Positions 1 through 10,262 are shown, counted from the first letter of the stretch. The stretch is 64,000 nt of DNA from Trueperaceae bacterium (GCA_965213705.1 OZ243913.1:928001-992000), one strand, 5' to 3'. The notes: generated by a model not told the origin, from the sequence alone. Numbers and translations are program-made.

Positions 1-444
1 CGCCGTGGCGCTGAACTGGCCTTTGGTGAGTCCGTAAACCCCGTTGTTCTCGACGATGTAGACCATGCGCACGTTGCGCCGCACGAGGTGTTTGAACTGG
101 CCCATGCCGATGGAGCCGGTGTCCCCGTCGCCCGACACGCCGATGGCGCGCAGCGAGTGGTTCGCCAGCAGCGCGCCCGTGCCGACCGAGGGCATCCGGC
201 CGTGCAGCGCGTTGAAGCCGTGGGACATCCCCAAAAAGTAAGCCGGGGACTTCGAAGAGCAGCCGATGCCTGAGAGCTTGACGACCTCGTGCGGCTGCAG
301 GCTCAGTTCGAAAGCGACTTGGATAATCTGGCTGGCAATCGAGTTGTGGCCGCAACCTTTGCAGAGCGTGCTCGGCCGCCCGCCGTAGTCGGACTTGGAA
401 AGGCCGATGTCGTTGGCCTTGATGGCTTGCGCTCTACTTGCCAT
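1..444 (-). CDS. korB: 2-oxoacid:ferredoxin oxidoreductase beta subunit (3' part runs off window)
   Basis: Manual translation from ATG at 444: MASRAQ...STLCKGCGHNS...SGIGCSSK...HGR...GDGD...NNGVYGLTKGQFS (TPP-binding motifs). Overlaps the alpha-subunit stop. Confidence 0.9.
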   Translation of the reverse strand, partial: MASRAQAIKANDIGLSKSDYGGRPSTLCKGCGHNSIASQIIQVAFELSLQPHEVVKLSGIGCSSKSPAYFLGMSHGFNALHGRMPSVGTGALLANHSLRAIGVSGDGDTGSIGMGQFKHLVRRNVRMVYIVENNGVYGLTKGQFSATA

Positions 445-2269
445 AGTTTTCCTCTTTCTCGAGTTCTTTGAGACGGGCCTCGAGCCACTGCGCGGTCAAG
501 GGCATCCCGTCCAAGTGGGCGACCGAGACGAGCCGCGTCGCTAAGTCCGGCAACTCAGTTTGCAAAATCGCGTGAAGCTGGCCGTCGCGGTTGAGTTCGA
601 TGACGTAAACGCGTTCGTGCGCCTCGACGAACTCACGCACTTCGGTGTTGACGGGCAGCGAACGAACGCGCAAAAAGCTGAAGTCCAAGCCCTCTTTGGC
701 GAGGTGGTCACGAGCCTCTTCGATCGCGTACTGCGTCGTGCCAAGCGCGATAATGCCGAGGCGTGCGTTCTCGACATGGTCAACCACGGGTTTCGGGACG
801 AGCCGCCGCGCGGTGTCGAACTTGCGCTGCAAGCGCGCGGTGTTCTCGAGCCAGTCCTCGGGGCGTTCGCTGTAGACGGCGTGCTCGTTGTGGCCGGTGC
901 CGCGCGCGAACCAGGCGGACTTGGGGTTTTCGTTGCCGGGCAGGGTGCGATAGCCGACGCCGTCGCCGTCTACGTCTAAGTAGCGGGAGAAGGTCTCGAG
1001 GGACTCGAGTTCCGCCGCGTTCAGCACCTTGCCGCGCTTCATACCCTCGCTTGGGTACTCGAACGGCTTGCCCATCCAGTTGTTCATGCCGAGGTCGAGG
1101 TCGCTGAGGACGAACACAGGCGTCTGCAACTCGTCAGCGAGGTCGTGCGCCTTATAACCGAACTCGAAACACTCTTCGATTGACCCAGGAAACAGCACCA
1201 CGTTTTTGGTGTCGCCGTGACCGAGGTAATAAACGAAAGTGATGTCGCCCTGACTCGTGCGCGTCGGCAAACCGGTACTCGGCCCGACGCGCTGGATGTC
1301 CCAAATCACCGCCGGGATTTCGGCGAAGTAGCCCAGTCCGGCGAATTCGCTCATCAGGGAAATACCGGGGCCGCTCGTCGCGGTGACGCTGCGCGCGCCC
1401 GCCCAGCCTGCGCCCAAAGTCATGCCGATGGCGGCGAGTTCGTCCTCGGCCTGAACGACGGCGTAGGTGGCGCGGTCGTCCTCGTTGCGCAGTTTCGGCA
1501 AAAAGTCGCGCAGCGCGTCGATAAAACTGGTGCTCGGCGTAATCGGGTACCAGGCGCTCACCGACGCGCCGCCGAAGACCGCGCCGAGCGCGCCCGCCTC
1601 GTTGCCGGTCATCATGATAAGGCCGTCGGTTTCATTCATGGGTTCGACGCGGTAAGGGTCATTTTTGCCCAAGTTTTCGGCCGTCCAGTCGTACGCGCCC
1701 TTTACGACCACCATGTTCGAGTCCACAAGCTTTTGCCGCCGCCCAAACTGCGCGCCCAAGGCTTCTTCGATAACCTCGAGCGAAATCCCCAAAAGCTGCG
1801 CCACCGCGCCCACGTAGACCATGTTGGCGATGTAGGGTTTGCGCTTGACCGGCACATCGACATCTTTAATAAGCTCGTCCACCGGCAACCCGTAGTAGGT
1901 GAGGTCGCCCCGCTGCGGCAGACCTTTGATGGCCGTGTTGTAAATGCACACGCCGCCGGGCGGTAGGTTGGTCACGTCTTCACTCACCGTCGTCGGGTTA
2001 AAGGCGACGAGCAGTTCCGGCGGCCGCCGCGCCACGTAACCCTCAAAGCTCACCCGGATGTTGTACCAAGTCGGCAAGCCTTGAATGTTCGAGGGGAAGA
2101 TGTTTTTGCCGTGAACCGGAATGCCCATCTTGAAGAATGCGCGCAGCAGGGTGAGGTTGGCGGTCTGGCTGCCAGTGCCGTTCACGGTCGCGGCGACGAG
2201 GGAAAAGTCGTTTACGACCGGCGCGCGGTTTTCCTGTGCCGAAAAAGATTCTCGCTCTAAAACGTCCAT
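434..2269 (-). CDS. korA: 2-oxoacid:acceptor oxidoreductase alpha subunit (gamma-alpha fusion)
   Basis: YPITPST, QAEDELAA, TSGPGISL and QRVGPSTGLPT motifs; 611 aa. Confidence 0.92.
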   Translation of the reverse strand: MDVLERESFSAQENRAPVVNDFSLVAATVNGTGSQTANLTLLRAFFKMGIPVHGKNIFPSNIQGLPTWYNIRVSFEGYVARRPPELLVAFNPTTVSEDVTNLPPGGVCIYNTAIKGLPQRGDLTYYGLPVDELIKDVDVPVKRKPYIANMVYVGAVAQLLGISLEVIEEALGAQFGRRQKLVDSNMVVVKGAYDWTAENLGKNDPYRVEPMNETDGLIMMTGNEAGALGAVFGGASVSAWYPITPSTSFIDALRDFLPKLRNEDDRATYAVVQAEDELAAIGMTLGAGWAGARSVTATSGPGISLMSEFAGLGYFAEIPAVIWDIQRVGPSTGLPTRTSQGDITFVYYLGHGDTKNVVLFPGSIEECFEFGYKAHDLADELQTPVFVLSDLDLGMNNWMGKPFEYPSEGMKRGKVLNAAELESLETFSRYLDVDGDGVGYRTLPGNENPKSAWFARGTGHNEHAVYSERPEDWLENTARLQRKFDTARRLVPKPVVDHVENARLGIIALGTTQYAIEEARDHLAKEGLDFSFLRVRSLPVNTEVREFVEAHERVYVIELNRDGQLHAILQTELPDLATRLVSVAHLDGMPLTAQWLEARLKELEKEENYGK

Positions 2270-2370
2270 ACTTCTCCTTCAAACCCGGTTTGGGGCCAGG
2301 CTCCGCTTGAATGTCTCATCTTAACGAAAATCTCGTTCCCGGTTGAACGCTCGAGGTGACAGGGGCAAAA

Positions 2371-2401
2371 CAAAAGCCGCTCGAGTCTCGAGCGGCTTTT
2401 G
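2371..2401. terminator. Intrinsic terminator-like hairpin
   Basis: CAAAAGCCGCTCGAG-T-CTCGAGCGGCTTTTG inverted repeat just downstream of the 2418-2672 gene. Confidence 0.75.
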
Positions 2402-2417
2402 TAGGTCAAAACTGAAC

Positions 2418-2672
2418 TTACGTTCTTCCTCTTACCGCCTTGATGATGGCGAGTAAAATCACCGCGCCGATAATCGCGACGATGATGCTCCACAAGTTGA
2501 AGCCGGTGAAGGTGCCGAAGCCGAGCAGGTTCATCACAAACCCGCCGATGAACGCGCCGACGATGCCGACGACGATGTCGAGCAGGCAACCTTGCTGGTC
2601 GTTGGTGCCCATGATGAGGCTGGCAATCCAACCCGCCAAGGCCCCGACGATAATCCACGAAAGAATCCCCAT
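2418..2672 (-). CDS. GlsB/YeaQ/YmgE family stress-response membrane protein
   Basis: WIIVGALAGWIA...DIVVGIVGAFIGG...AIIGAVILL; three hydrophobic Gly-rich helices. Confidence 0.9.
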   Translation of the reverse strand: MGILSWIIVGALAGWIASLIMGTNDQQGCLLDIVVGIVGAFIGGFVMNLLGFGTFTGFNLWSIIVAIIGAVILLAIIKAVRGRT

Positions 2673-2752
2673 TGTCCGCCCCTTTCAAAAGCCAGGTTTC
2701 CCGCTGCCGAACGCCTACACTATACATTCCTGAGCTTACAAATTGTCAACCT

Positions 2753-2968
2753 TCAGGCCGAATCGACTTCGCTCGAGAGTTTCAATACCTCGTCGCCGTC
2801 GTCTTGTTCGATGAGCAGGGCCGGGTCGTCGTCGGAGCCGTTGCGGGTGATTTCAGAACCCTTGAGGGTGCGGGTCACTTTTTTGGTGAACGTTTCTGTG
2901 ACCTTGCCTTCGCCCCGGCCGTTGCCCCACTCCCAAGAAACCTTGTCGCCTTTGCTGTAGTTAGCCAT
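2753..2968 (-). CDS. DUF2945 / Tudor-like small stress protein
   Basis: GDKVSWEWGNGRGEGKV...TRNGSDDDPA; GGAGG RBS before ATG 2968. Confidence 0.8.
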   Translation of the reverse strand: MANYSKGDKVSWEWGNGRGEGKVTETFTKKVTRTLKGSEITRNGSDDDPALLIEQDDGDEVLKLSSEVDSA

Positions 2969-3320
2969 ACTGCCTCCCACCCAGAAAGTAGCACCGGAAA
3001 AGGTATGCAGAGTGGGATGAGGTTCGCAATCCAAGTTGGTGTGAATAGTGCCGAGCGGAGTTTGAAACAGTTTGGTCAGGGGTGTTTCAGCAGGCTTGCA
3101 AGTAAGTACACTTTAGTGTGCTCTTTAGTTACAAGCTGTTGGTTAGGCTTTCCGAGTGGCGCTTAAAAAACTCATTATTTCCCGGTAGAATCGTTACTTT
3201 GAGTCAGTTCACCGGCCGGACTGTTGCGAGAGAAAGGCCGCCTCGTCGAGGTTTTGTAACGACCGAGCCAACTGAATACGCCCCCGTTGCAAAAGCACCT
3301 GTCTCAACTTCACACCCAGC

Positions 3321-3983
3321 TCAAGCTCTCTTTACGAGTTCTTCCGCCTCGCTGAACAGCTGCATCTCAAAATCATAAATTTGCTTTTCTGGAAAGCGCC
3401 TAGAGAGACTGTGAATCAGCGTCAAGTAAGCCGGATAGGTCTCATCGCGCTTTAGGCCCATATTCCATCCGAGTGCTTTCGCCTTCTTTCGGGAGTGCTG
3501 ATCCATAAAGGCACGAATGGTTTTGTTTCGGCTCGGGATGTAGGGGAAGAACACCGGGGTCGGTGCCGCGTAGATTTTTTGCACCGCGTTTAGAGACGTG
3601 GCTACCCGAGCATCATAGATGACGAACTCGTCTGGCCGCACTACGGAAAAAATCTTGGAGTAGCTGGCAACCCCGCTCAGCGGCAATGCGGGTTTGGCTT
3701 GTTCCACCTTACTGACGTATATTTGAAAGGTTTCAGGAGCATTGCTTTTAATGCCACCCCAGTCCGAGACTATTTCCTTACACAGCCTTTCCTTTTGCTG
3801 ATTATTCGTGGCGAAATACCACGCTTCTTTAAGGCTGCGCTTCACCTCGAGAGTTGCCTGATAGCCCTTCCCATTTTGATTTTTGGGCCAAAGGTAGTCA
3901 AACTCGGGATGGGCTCGGAAGTAAGCCTCGAACACCTCTATGACAGGAGCAATATGTTTTTCGACAAAAGCCACGCGGGGCAT
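3321..3983 (-). CDS. Hypothetical protein, possible HhH/OGG-like DNA glycosylase fold; AT-rich
   Basis: 220 aa ORF with WGGI, GVASYSKI and IYDARV motifs; lower GC than flanks. Confidence 0.5.
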   Translation of the reverse strand: MPRVAFVEKHIAPVIEVFEAYFRAHPEFDYLWPKNQNGKGYQATLEVKRSLKEAWYFATNNQQKERLCKEIVSDWGGIKSNAPETFQIYVSKVEQAKPALPLSGVASYSKIFSVVRPDEFVIYDARVATSLNAVQKIYAAPTPVFFPYIPSRNKTIRAFMDQHSRKKAKALGWNMGLKRDETYPAYLTLIHSLSRRFPEKQIYDFEMQLFSEAEELVKRA

Positions 3984-4110
3984 TTTCAGAGTTTGCCATT
4001 TTTGTCTGTATATCGGTGTAAGAAATTTGAAACAATCTTGCCGATTCCGTTTAAGGTTTGTTCTCTCAAGCCTCTACAGGACAAAAACGAACCGAAGCAT
4101 TTTGCCTAAG

Positions 4111-5121
4111 TTAGTACCGCCGCTTCGCCCGCGCGTCCGGCAACACCGAACTCATCTCCAAAGCCATGCTCGTGCCGAGAACTACGCAGTCTTGCGGCTC
4201 GTCGGCTATTGCCACGGGGATGTTGGTGGTTTGCCGAAAGTAGGTGTCCAGGTGTTTGAGTTTCGCGCCGCCGCCGGTCATGACGATGCCGCGCTCTATC
4301 ACGTCCGAAATAAGTTCGGGCGGGCCTTGCTCTAAGACCTTACGCACCCCGTCGGCGAGCTTTTGCAGCGAGTCCTTCAAGGCCGCGACGACGTCTTCGG
4401 TGCTCACCGTGACGGTACGCGGCATCCCGTTGATAAGGTCGCGCCCGCGCACTTCCATCGTTTCGCTCTCGCCTTCTTGCAAGGTCGCCGCGCCGACGGT
4501 GCGTTTGATGGCCTCGGCGGTGCGGTCACCGATGAGCAGGTTGTCCTTTTGACGCACGTAGCGAACAATCTCTTGGTCGAAGTGGTTGCCCGCGACGCGC
4601 AAACTTTCCGAGACGACAATTCCGCCCATGCTGATAATCGCGATGTCGGTCGTGCCGCCGCCGATGTCCACGATCATCGAGCCGATGGGCTCGGCGATGT
4701 CCACGCCTGCGCCGATGGCCGCGGCGATGGGCTCCTCGATCAAAAACGCCCTGCGCGCGCCAATTTCGTTCACGGCTTGGAGCACCGCCCGCTTCTCGAC
4801 CTCGGTGATACCGCTCGGGATGCAAACCATGATGTTCAGCCGCGGCCTGAAGAGGCGGCCGGGTCCGCGCAGCACCTTGTCCAAAAAGGCCTTGAGCATT
4901 TTTTCGGTGAGGGTGTAGTCGGCGATGACGCCGTCGGCCATCGGCCGCACCGCCGTGACCGAGCCGGGAGTGCGGCCCAGCATCTTGTAAGCCTCTTCAC
5001 CGACGGCTTTGACGTCGGTGCTGCCGTTGAGGACGGCAATCACGGCGGGTTCGCGCAACACCACGCCGCGCCCCTTGACGTGAATGCGGATGTTGGTGGT
5101 ACCCAAGTCGATGGCTATCAT
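4111..5121 (-). CDS. mreB: Rod shape-determining actin-like protein MreB
   Basis: IDLGTTN, EEPIAAAIGAG, DIGGGTT, MTGGGA. Confidence 0.93.
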   Translation of the reverse strand: MIAIDLGTTNIRIHVKGRGVVLREPAVIAVLNGSTDVKAVGEEAYKMLGRTPGSVTAVRPMADGVIADYTLTEKMLKAFLDKVLRGPGRLFRPRLNIMVCIPSGITEVEKRAVLQAVNEIGARRAFLIEEPIAAAIGAGVDIAEPIGSMIVDIGGGTTDIAIISMGGIVVSESLRVAGNHFDQEIVRYVRQKDNLLIGDRTAEAIKRTVGAATLQEGESETMEVRGRDLINGMPRTVTVSTEDVVAALKDSLQKLADGVRKVLEQGPPELISDVIERGIVMTGGGAKLKHLDTYFRQTTNIPVAIADEPQDCVVLGTSMALEMSSVLPDARAKRRY

Positions 5122-5393
5122 GCCTGAATCACGTCTTTAACTTACCATGTGGGGCGAAAAAGGGAAGCCGGAGGCTCGAGCCCCGAAACCCGCCGAGTCC
5201 CCACTTTCTTTGAAGTCGACACTTCAAAATACAGCCCTCGAGATCGCAAGACGAGACTTCTGTGGCGAGGTCTCGTCTTCGGTTGAAGAATTACTGCTTG
5301 GCTAACCACGCGCATCTAGGGGGTGTCGGCGTCTCTAAAAACACCGACACAGCTTTACAGGGTGCCGTATCACCTTTTACAGTGACACAAACC

Positions 5394-6062
5394 TCAGTAC
5401 CGGTAGTAGTCCTGCGGAATCTTGTTGCCCAGTTCAATCACGGCCGTGTAAATCATGTCCTGAATGGCGGTTTCCATCGGGGTGTTCTCGTAGGTGCTGA
5501 GCGCGCCGCCGCCCAAGCCAAACACTCGAGAGCCCCCGCTTACGCCGACGCTGGTCGCTTCCCCGGTTACGCGGGTGACGCTGACGATGTTTCTCGTGCG
5601 CACGTCGACGACGCGCAGGTCGATGGTCGCGGTCGCTTTGTTGGCCGAGCCGCCGCCGAACAAACCCAGGACGCCGCCGCTGCTGCCCGTGCCGCTCGCG
5701 TTCGGTTCGAACTGGGTTACGGAACCGATGATGGCGAGGTCTGCGCCTTGAAACGCTTCGGACTCGCCGGTCACGTTCAGCTCGCTCTCCAAGGTGCCCA
5801 AGTTAGCCGAGGCCTCGACCACTTGAAAACGGTTGGACTGCACCAGCGCCGTGAGCATCGCGTCGGAAATGCCTTCGCCGACGCCTGTGTAACAGTTTGT
5901 GGCGCGGCACTCGAACGAGCCCAGCACGACGGAGGCTTTGGGGCCGCTGTAGGCGGGCAAGTCGGGAACTTCTTGGACTTGCGACGTGACGCCCGGTGTA
6001 CACCCCGATAGGAGCAGACCCGTCACCAACAAAACACTGATAAATGCCGCCGTTTTCTTCAC
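5394..6062 (-). CDS. CsgG/HfaB family lipoprotein
   Basis: Lipobox LLSGC; DAMLTALVQSNRFQVVE; GADLAIIGSVTQFE; IDLRVVDVRT. Confidence 0.8.
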   Translation of the reverse strand: MKKTAAFISVLLVTGLLLSGCTPGVTSQVQEVPDLPAYSGPKASVVLGSFECRATNCYTGVGEGISDAMLTALVQSNRFQVVEASANLGTLESELNVTGESEAFQGADLAIIGSVTQFEPNASGTGSSGGVLGLFGGGSANKATATIDLRVVDVRTRNIVSVTRVTGEATSVGVSGGSRVFGLGGGALSTYENTPMETAIQDMIYTAVIELGNKIPQDYYRY

Positions 6063-6326
6063 AAGACTCCTCCTCGTAAACCTGTTTCCGTGCTGAACTT
6101 AACATGTGTAAAAAGTTAAAGCAAGACTCATAAACCTGTCAGGACGAAGGTGCGGCTTTGGCCCGAAGGGCTCGAGTTCGGGTTGTTCGGGGCGGGCAAG
6201 CTGGAAAGTCGGTTACAGTTGGAGCGTTGTGGTGAAGTCGGGTGGGCCGTTCTGAAACTGGGCTAACCGAGTCTGAGGTACAAAACCTGAACTGTGAAAT
6301 CCAAGAAGTCTGAAAGAGGTGTTTCG

Positions 6327-7298
6327 GTGAAAGCGGTCGTCGTCAACGAAGACAAAAGCTTGAGCTGGCAAGAGGTTTCCGACCCGGTGTGCGCGCCGGG
6401 GGAGGTCTTGGTTGCGGTTCACTACACCGCGCTCAACCGCGCCGACCTGATGCAGCGGGCGGGTAACTACCCGGTGCCGACAGGGGCGAGCGAGGTGTTG
6501 GGCCTCGAGCTGTCGGGCGTCGTGCTCGAGACCAACGGCCCCTCGGCCTGGCGACCCGGCGACCGGGTCTGCGCGCTGCTGAGCGGCGGCGGCTACGCCG
6601 AACGCGCCTGTGTGCCCGAGCGTCTGCTGATGCCAATTCCCAAAGATTGGACTTTGGCGGAAGCCGCCGGAATGCCGGAAGTTTTTTATACGGCCTTTCT
6701 CAACTTGTTTTTGGAAGCCGGTTTGAAAGGTGGCGAGCGGGTGCTGGTTCACGGCGGCGCGAGCGGCGTCGGTACGGCGGCGATTCAGCTCGCGCGCGAG
6801 GCGGGCTGCGAGGTGTTCGCGACGGCGGGGACGAGTGAAAAAGTGGCGCGTTGCCGGGAACTCGGGGCGAACACGGCGGTCAACTACCGCGAACAAGACT
6901 TTGCCGAGGTCATCGCTGAAAAAACGAATGGCGAGGGCGTCGACGTCATCCTGGACATGGTCGGGGCCGACTACTTCGAGCGCAACTTGTCAAGTCTGGC
7001 GACGGGCGGACGGCTCGTTTTCATCTCGAGCCTGAGCGGGTCGAAGGTCGAACTCGACATCCGCAAACTCATGGCGAAACGGGCTTCCATCAAGGGTTCG
7101 ACGCTGCGCGCCCGGCCCCTGGAGGAAAAGGTCGCCCTCAAAGAAGCGTTCACCCAGCAGTTTTGGGAGGCCCTCGAGCGGGGCCGCGTCAAGCCGGTCG
7201 TCGACCGGGTTTTCGGAGTTCAAGACGCCGAAGCGGCGCACGCGTACATGCAGGGCAACAAAAACATCGGTAAATTGCTGCTCGAGGTCCGCGCCTGA
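6327..7298 (+). CDS. NAD(P)H-quinone oxidoreductase, PIG3 family (MDR)
   Basis: NRADLMQRAGNYP, LGLELSG, HGGASGVG; GTG start after GAGG. Confidence 0.88.
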   Translation: MKAVVVNEDKSLSWQEVSDPVCAPGEVLVAVHYTALNRADLMQRAGNYPVPTGASEVLGLELSGVVLETNGPSAWRPGDRVCALLSGGGYAERACVPERLLMPIPKDWTLAEAAGMPEVFYTAFLNLFLEAGLKGGERVLVHGGASGVGTAAIQLAREAGCEVFATAGTSEKVARCRELGANTAVNYREQDFAEVIAEKTNGEGVDVILDMVGADYFERNLSSLATGGRLVFISSLSGSKVELDIRKLMAKRASIKGSTLRARPLEEKVALKEAFTQQFWEALERGRVKPVVDRVFGVQDAEAAHAYMQGNKNIGKLLLEVRA

Positions 7299-7304
7299 CG
7301 TTTT

Positions 7305-8141
7305 TCAGCCCCGGTCTTCCGGTTTGGCCTCCACCGCCCCGGTCATAATCGCGACCACGTCGGACATGGTGTAGTCTTTCGGGTTGACGACCGCCGCGCG
7401 GCGGCCCATGCGGTGAACGTGGACGCGGTCGGCGATTTCGAACACGTGCGGCATGTTGTGGCTGATGAGGATGACCGGCAGCCCGCGGTCGCGCACCTTG
7501 CGGATGAGGTCCAGCACCATCCCCGACTCTTTAACGCCCAACGCGGCGGTGGGCTCGTCCATGATGATGACGTTGCGGGCGAAGGCCGCGCTGCGCGCCA
7601 CCGCCACGCCCTGCCGCTGCCCGCCGGACAGCGTTTCGACCGCCTGGTGCATCGACTGGATGCGAAACTTGAGGTCTTTCATGTAGTCGGTCGCCTGCTC
7701 GAGCATCCTTTTCTGGTCGCGCAGGCGAAAGACCGAACCCAGAAAGCCCGGTTTGAGCAGTTCGCGCCCCAAAAACATGTTGTCGACAATATTGAGGGCG
7801 GGCGCGACCGCCAGGTCCTGGTACACCGCCTCGATGCCGTGGTGCCGCGCGTCGATGGGGCTGCGAAAGCGCACAGCAACGCCGTTGAGGTAAATCTCGC
7901 CCGCGTCGGGCTGAAGCGCGCCCGACAGGGCTTTAATCAAAGTCGACTTGCCCGCGCCGTTGTCGCCGATGACCGCCAAAATCTCGTGCGGGTAAATCTC
8001 GAAGTCCGCGCCGTCCATCGCCACGACCTGCCCGTAGCGCTTGACGAGTCCGCGGGCGGACAGGACCGGGGTTTGCTTTGTGTCGACCGCGTGCGCCTCA
8101 GAGGGCGGCGGTTCGTAGTGCTGTTGACTGCTGTCGCTCAC
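7305..8141 (-). CDS. Sugar ABC transporter ATP-binding protein (FrcA-like)
   Basis: GDNGAGKS, LSGGQRQ, IIMDEP. Confidence 0.9.
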   Translation of the reverse strand: MSDSSQQHYEPPPSEAHAVDTKQTPVLSARGLVKRYGQVVAMDGADFEIYPHEILAVIGDNGAGKSTLIKALSGALQPDAGEIYLNGVAVRFRSPIDARHHGIEAVYQDLAVAPALNIVDNMFLGRELLKPGFLGSVFRLRDQKRMLEQATDYMKDLKFRIQSMHQAVETLSGGQRQGVAVARSAAFARNVIIMDEPTAALGVKESGMVLDLIRKVRDRGLPVILISHNMPHVFEIADRVHVHRMGRRAAVVNPKDYTMSDVVAIMTGAVEAKPEDRG

Positions 8142-9106
8142 GACTGACCTCGTCTCGAGAGTTGGTCGACGGCCACGGCCAAAATCACCAAAATCCCGGT
8201 GATGAGCACCTGCTCGATGGAACTCCGGCCCATGAGTTGAAGTCCGTTGCGAAACACCCCGACGATGAGCGCCCCGATAAGCGTGCCCAAGATGTTGCCG
8301 CGCCCGCCGAACAAACTGGTGCCGCCCAACACCACGGCGGTGATGCTCTCCAAGTTGCCGTCTTGTCCGGCCTGCGGGTCGCCCACGCCGGTGCGGCCGA
8401 CCAGGAGCAGCCCGGCCACGCCGTAAAAAAAGCCCGCCGTCATGTAGACGCCCGTCAACAAGCGCTTGACCGGGATGCCGGTCAAGCGCGCCGCCTCGGG
8501 GTTGTCGCCGACGGCGTAGATGTGGCGGCCGACCGGGGTGTAGGAGAGCACGTACCAGACGATGAGGTACATCACCAGCATCAGCACCGAGCCGTAGGTG
8601 ATTCGGGTGCCAAGCATCGTGAAGGTCTCACCGAAAAAAGTCTGCTGGGGCGGCAGCCGCGTCACCGTTGAGGTGGTGTAAAGCCTTGTGAGCGCGAAGG
8701 CGATGTTGAGCGTGCCCAAGGTGACGATAAAGGGCGGCAGCTCGAGCCTGGTGACCAGCAACCCGTTGACGAGTCCGAAAGCCATCGTCGCCGCGACGCC
8801 GATAAAAATAGCCAAAACAGGATTCACGCCGCTCGAGACCGCCAGTTTCGTCATCAGCACCGAGCCGAGCGCCATGATGAGGCCGTTGGACAGGTCGATG
8901 CCGCGCGTCAGGATAATGAGCGTTTGGCCGATGGCGAGCGTGCCCACCACCATCACCTGTTGCACGACCAAAGAGAGGTTGCGCCCGGTCAAAAAGCGGT
9001 CGCTCTGCGAGGCGAAAAATAGGCCCGCGACGAGGAGCGCCAACAGCGGGCCGACCGCGGGTGCGCGCAGCACGCGCATGAGGGTGTTGTTGCGGAAACG
9101 GTCCAC
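8138..9106 (-). CDS. Sugar ABC transporter permease (RbsC/FrcC-like)
   Basis: GIDLS, PFIVTLG, AVVLGGTSLFGGRG. Confidence 0.9.
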   Translation of the reverse strand: MDRFRNNTLMRVLRAPAVGPLLALLVAGLFFASQSDRFLTGRNLSLVVQQVMVVGTLAIGQTLIILTRGIDLSNGLIMALGSVLMTKLAVSSGVNPVLAIFIGVAATMAFGLVNGLLVTRLELPPFIVTLGTLNIAFALTRLYTTSTVTRLPPQQTFFGETFTMLGTRITYGSVLMLVMYLIVWYVLSYTPVGRHIYAVGDNPEAARLTGIPVKRLLTGVYMTAGFFYGVAGLLLVGRTGVGDPQAGQDGNLESITAVVLGGTSLFGGRGNILGTLIGALIVGVFRNGLQLMGRSSIEQVLITGILVILAVAVDQLSRRGQS

Positions 9107-9269
9107 GCCTCAGAAACTTGGGTTGCATAGAGGAAAGGACCGAGGACCGAGTAAAAGATAATAAGTAGAGGTCAAAAGCGTTTTCTCCTTTGTCCGGCGC
9201 TGCGTGAGCTTTACAGAAAAAGGGCCGACGGCCGGGGAATCCCGAGCGTCGGCCCTCGACCCCTAAGGT

Positions 9270-10262
9270 CTACTCGCCCCAGCAGTTCTCGAGACCGAAG
9301 GCGGAATCTTCACTGGTCACGCCCTCTTGCATCTGGTCGGTGATGAGCGTGACGCCCGTGTCGGTATAGCCCGACGGCACCTCGCCGCCCTGCACCGCGG
9401 CGACGATGGCCTCGACGCCCAAGGACGCCATTCTCAGCGGGTACTGCTGCGAGGTCGCGCCGATTTCGCCGCTCTCCACGCCGCGCACGCCCGAGCAGCC
9501 GCCGTCGACCGAGACGATCAGCACGTCGTTCTCCATGCCCGCGTTTTTGATGGCCGTGTAAGCGCCAAAGGCGGCGGGCTCGTTGATGGTGTAAACGAGG
9601 TTGATGTCCGGGTTGCTGGTGAGGCAGTTTTCCATCGCCGTTTGACCCTTGGACTGGTCGCCCTGGGTGTCTTGCGAGCAGACCACCTCGGGCGCGGTCA
9701 CCGCGTCGTTGGCGTCTGAGGCGTCGTCGACCAGGCCGTAACCTGCCAAAAAGCCGTTGTGCCGCAAGTAGCCGACCGTGATACCGGGGTTGAGGTCTAG
9801 GGTAGCGATGACGGGCTCTTTGTCACCCATCGCGGCCTTGGCCCACTGGCCGATAAGGAGACCGGCCTGGTAGTTGTCGGTCGCGAACAGCGCGTCGGAC
9901 GCGTCTATGGGGTCGAGCGGCGTGTCGAGCGCGATGACGATGACGCCCTCGTCGCGCGCTTTTTGAATGCTGGGCACGATGGCTTGCGTGTCGCTCGGCA
10001 CGATTAAAATTCCCTGCACGCCCGCGGCGACCATGTTTTCAATCGCGGTGACTTGCGCCTCGTTGTCGCCGTCGAACGAGCCGGCGGCGGTTAAAAGTTC
10101 GACGCCGAGTTCTTCGGCCTTGGCCTGCGCGCCCTCACGCATTTTGACGAAAAAGGGGTTGGTCTCGGTCTTGGTGATGAGCCCGACCATGACGTCTTGG
10201 GCGAAGCTCGAGCCCAACAGCGCAAAGGTGACGAGCAGGGTGACGAGTTTGAGTAGTTTCAC
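9270..10262 (-). CDS. Sugar ABC transporter substrate-binding protein (fructose FrcB-like)
   Basis: Signal peptide, then LITKTETNPFFVKM, ATDNYQAG, SVDGG, QQYPLRMA; GTG start 10262 after an RBS. Confidence 0.85.
   Translation of the reverse strand: MKLLKLVTLLVTFALLGSSFAQDVMVGLITKTETNPFFVKMREGAQAKAEELGVELLTAAGSFDGDNEAQVTAIENMVAAGVQGILIVPSDTQAIVPSIQKARDEGVIVIALDTPLDPIDASDALFATDNYQAGLLIGQWAKAAMGDKEPVIATLDLNPGITVGYLRHNGFLAGYGLVDDASDANDAVTAPEVVCSQDTQGDQSKGQTAMENCLTSNPDINLVYTINEPAAFGAYTAIKNAGMENDVLIVSVDGGCSGVRGVESGEIGATSQQYPLRMASLGVEAIVAAVQGGEVPSGYTDTGVTLITDQMQEGVTSEDSAFGLENCWGE

Noticed and set aside
1217..1966. Long antisense and alternative-frame ORFs (also 7413-8147, 22600-23766, 26213-27415, 31542-32690, 34016-35188)
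   Set aside because: They overlap well-supported genes, lack family motifs, and are expected shadows in GC-rich coding DNA
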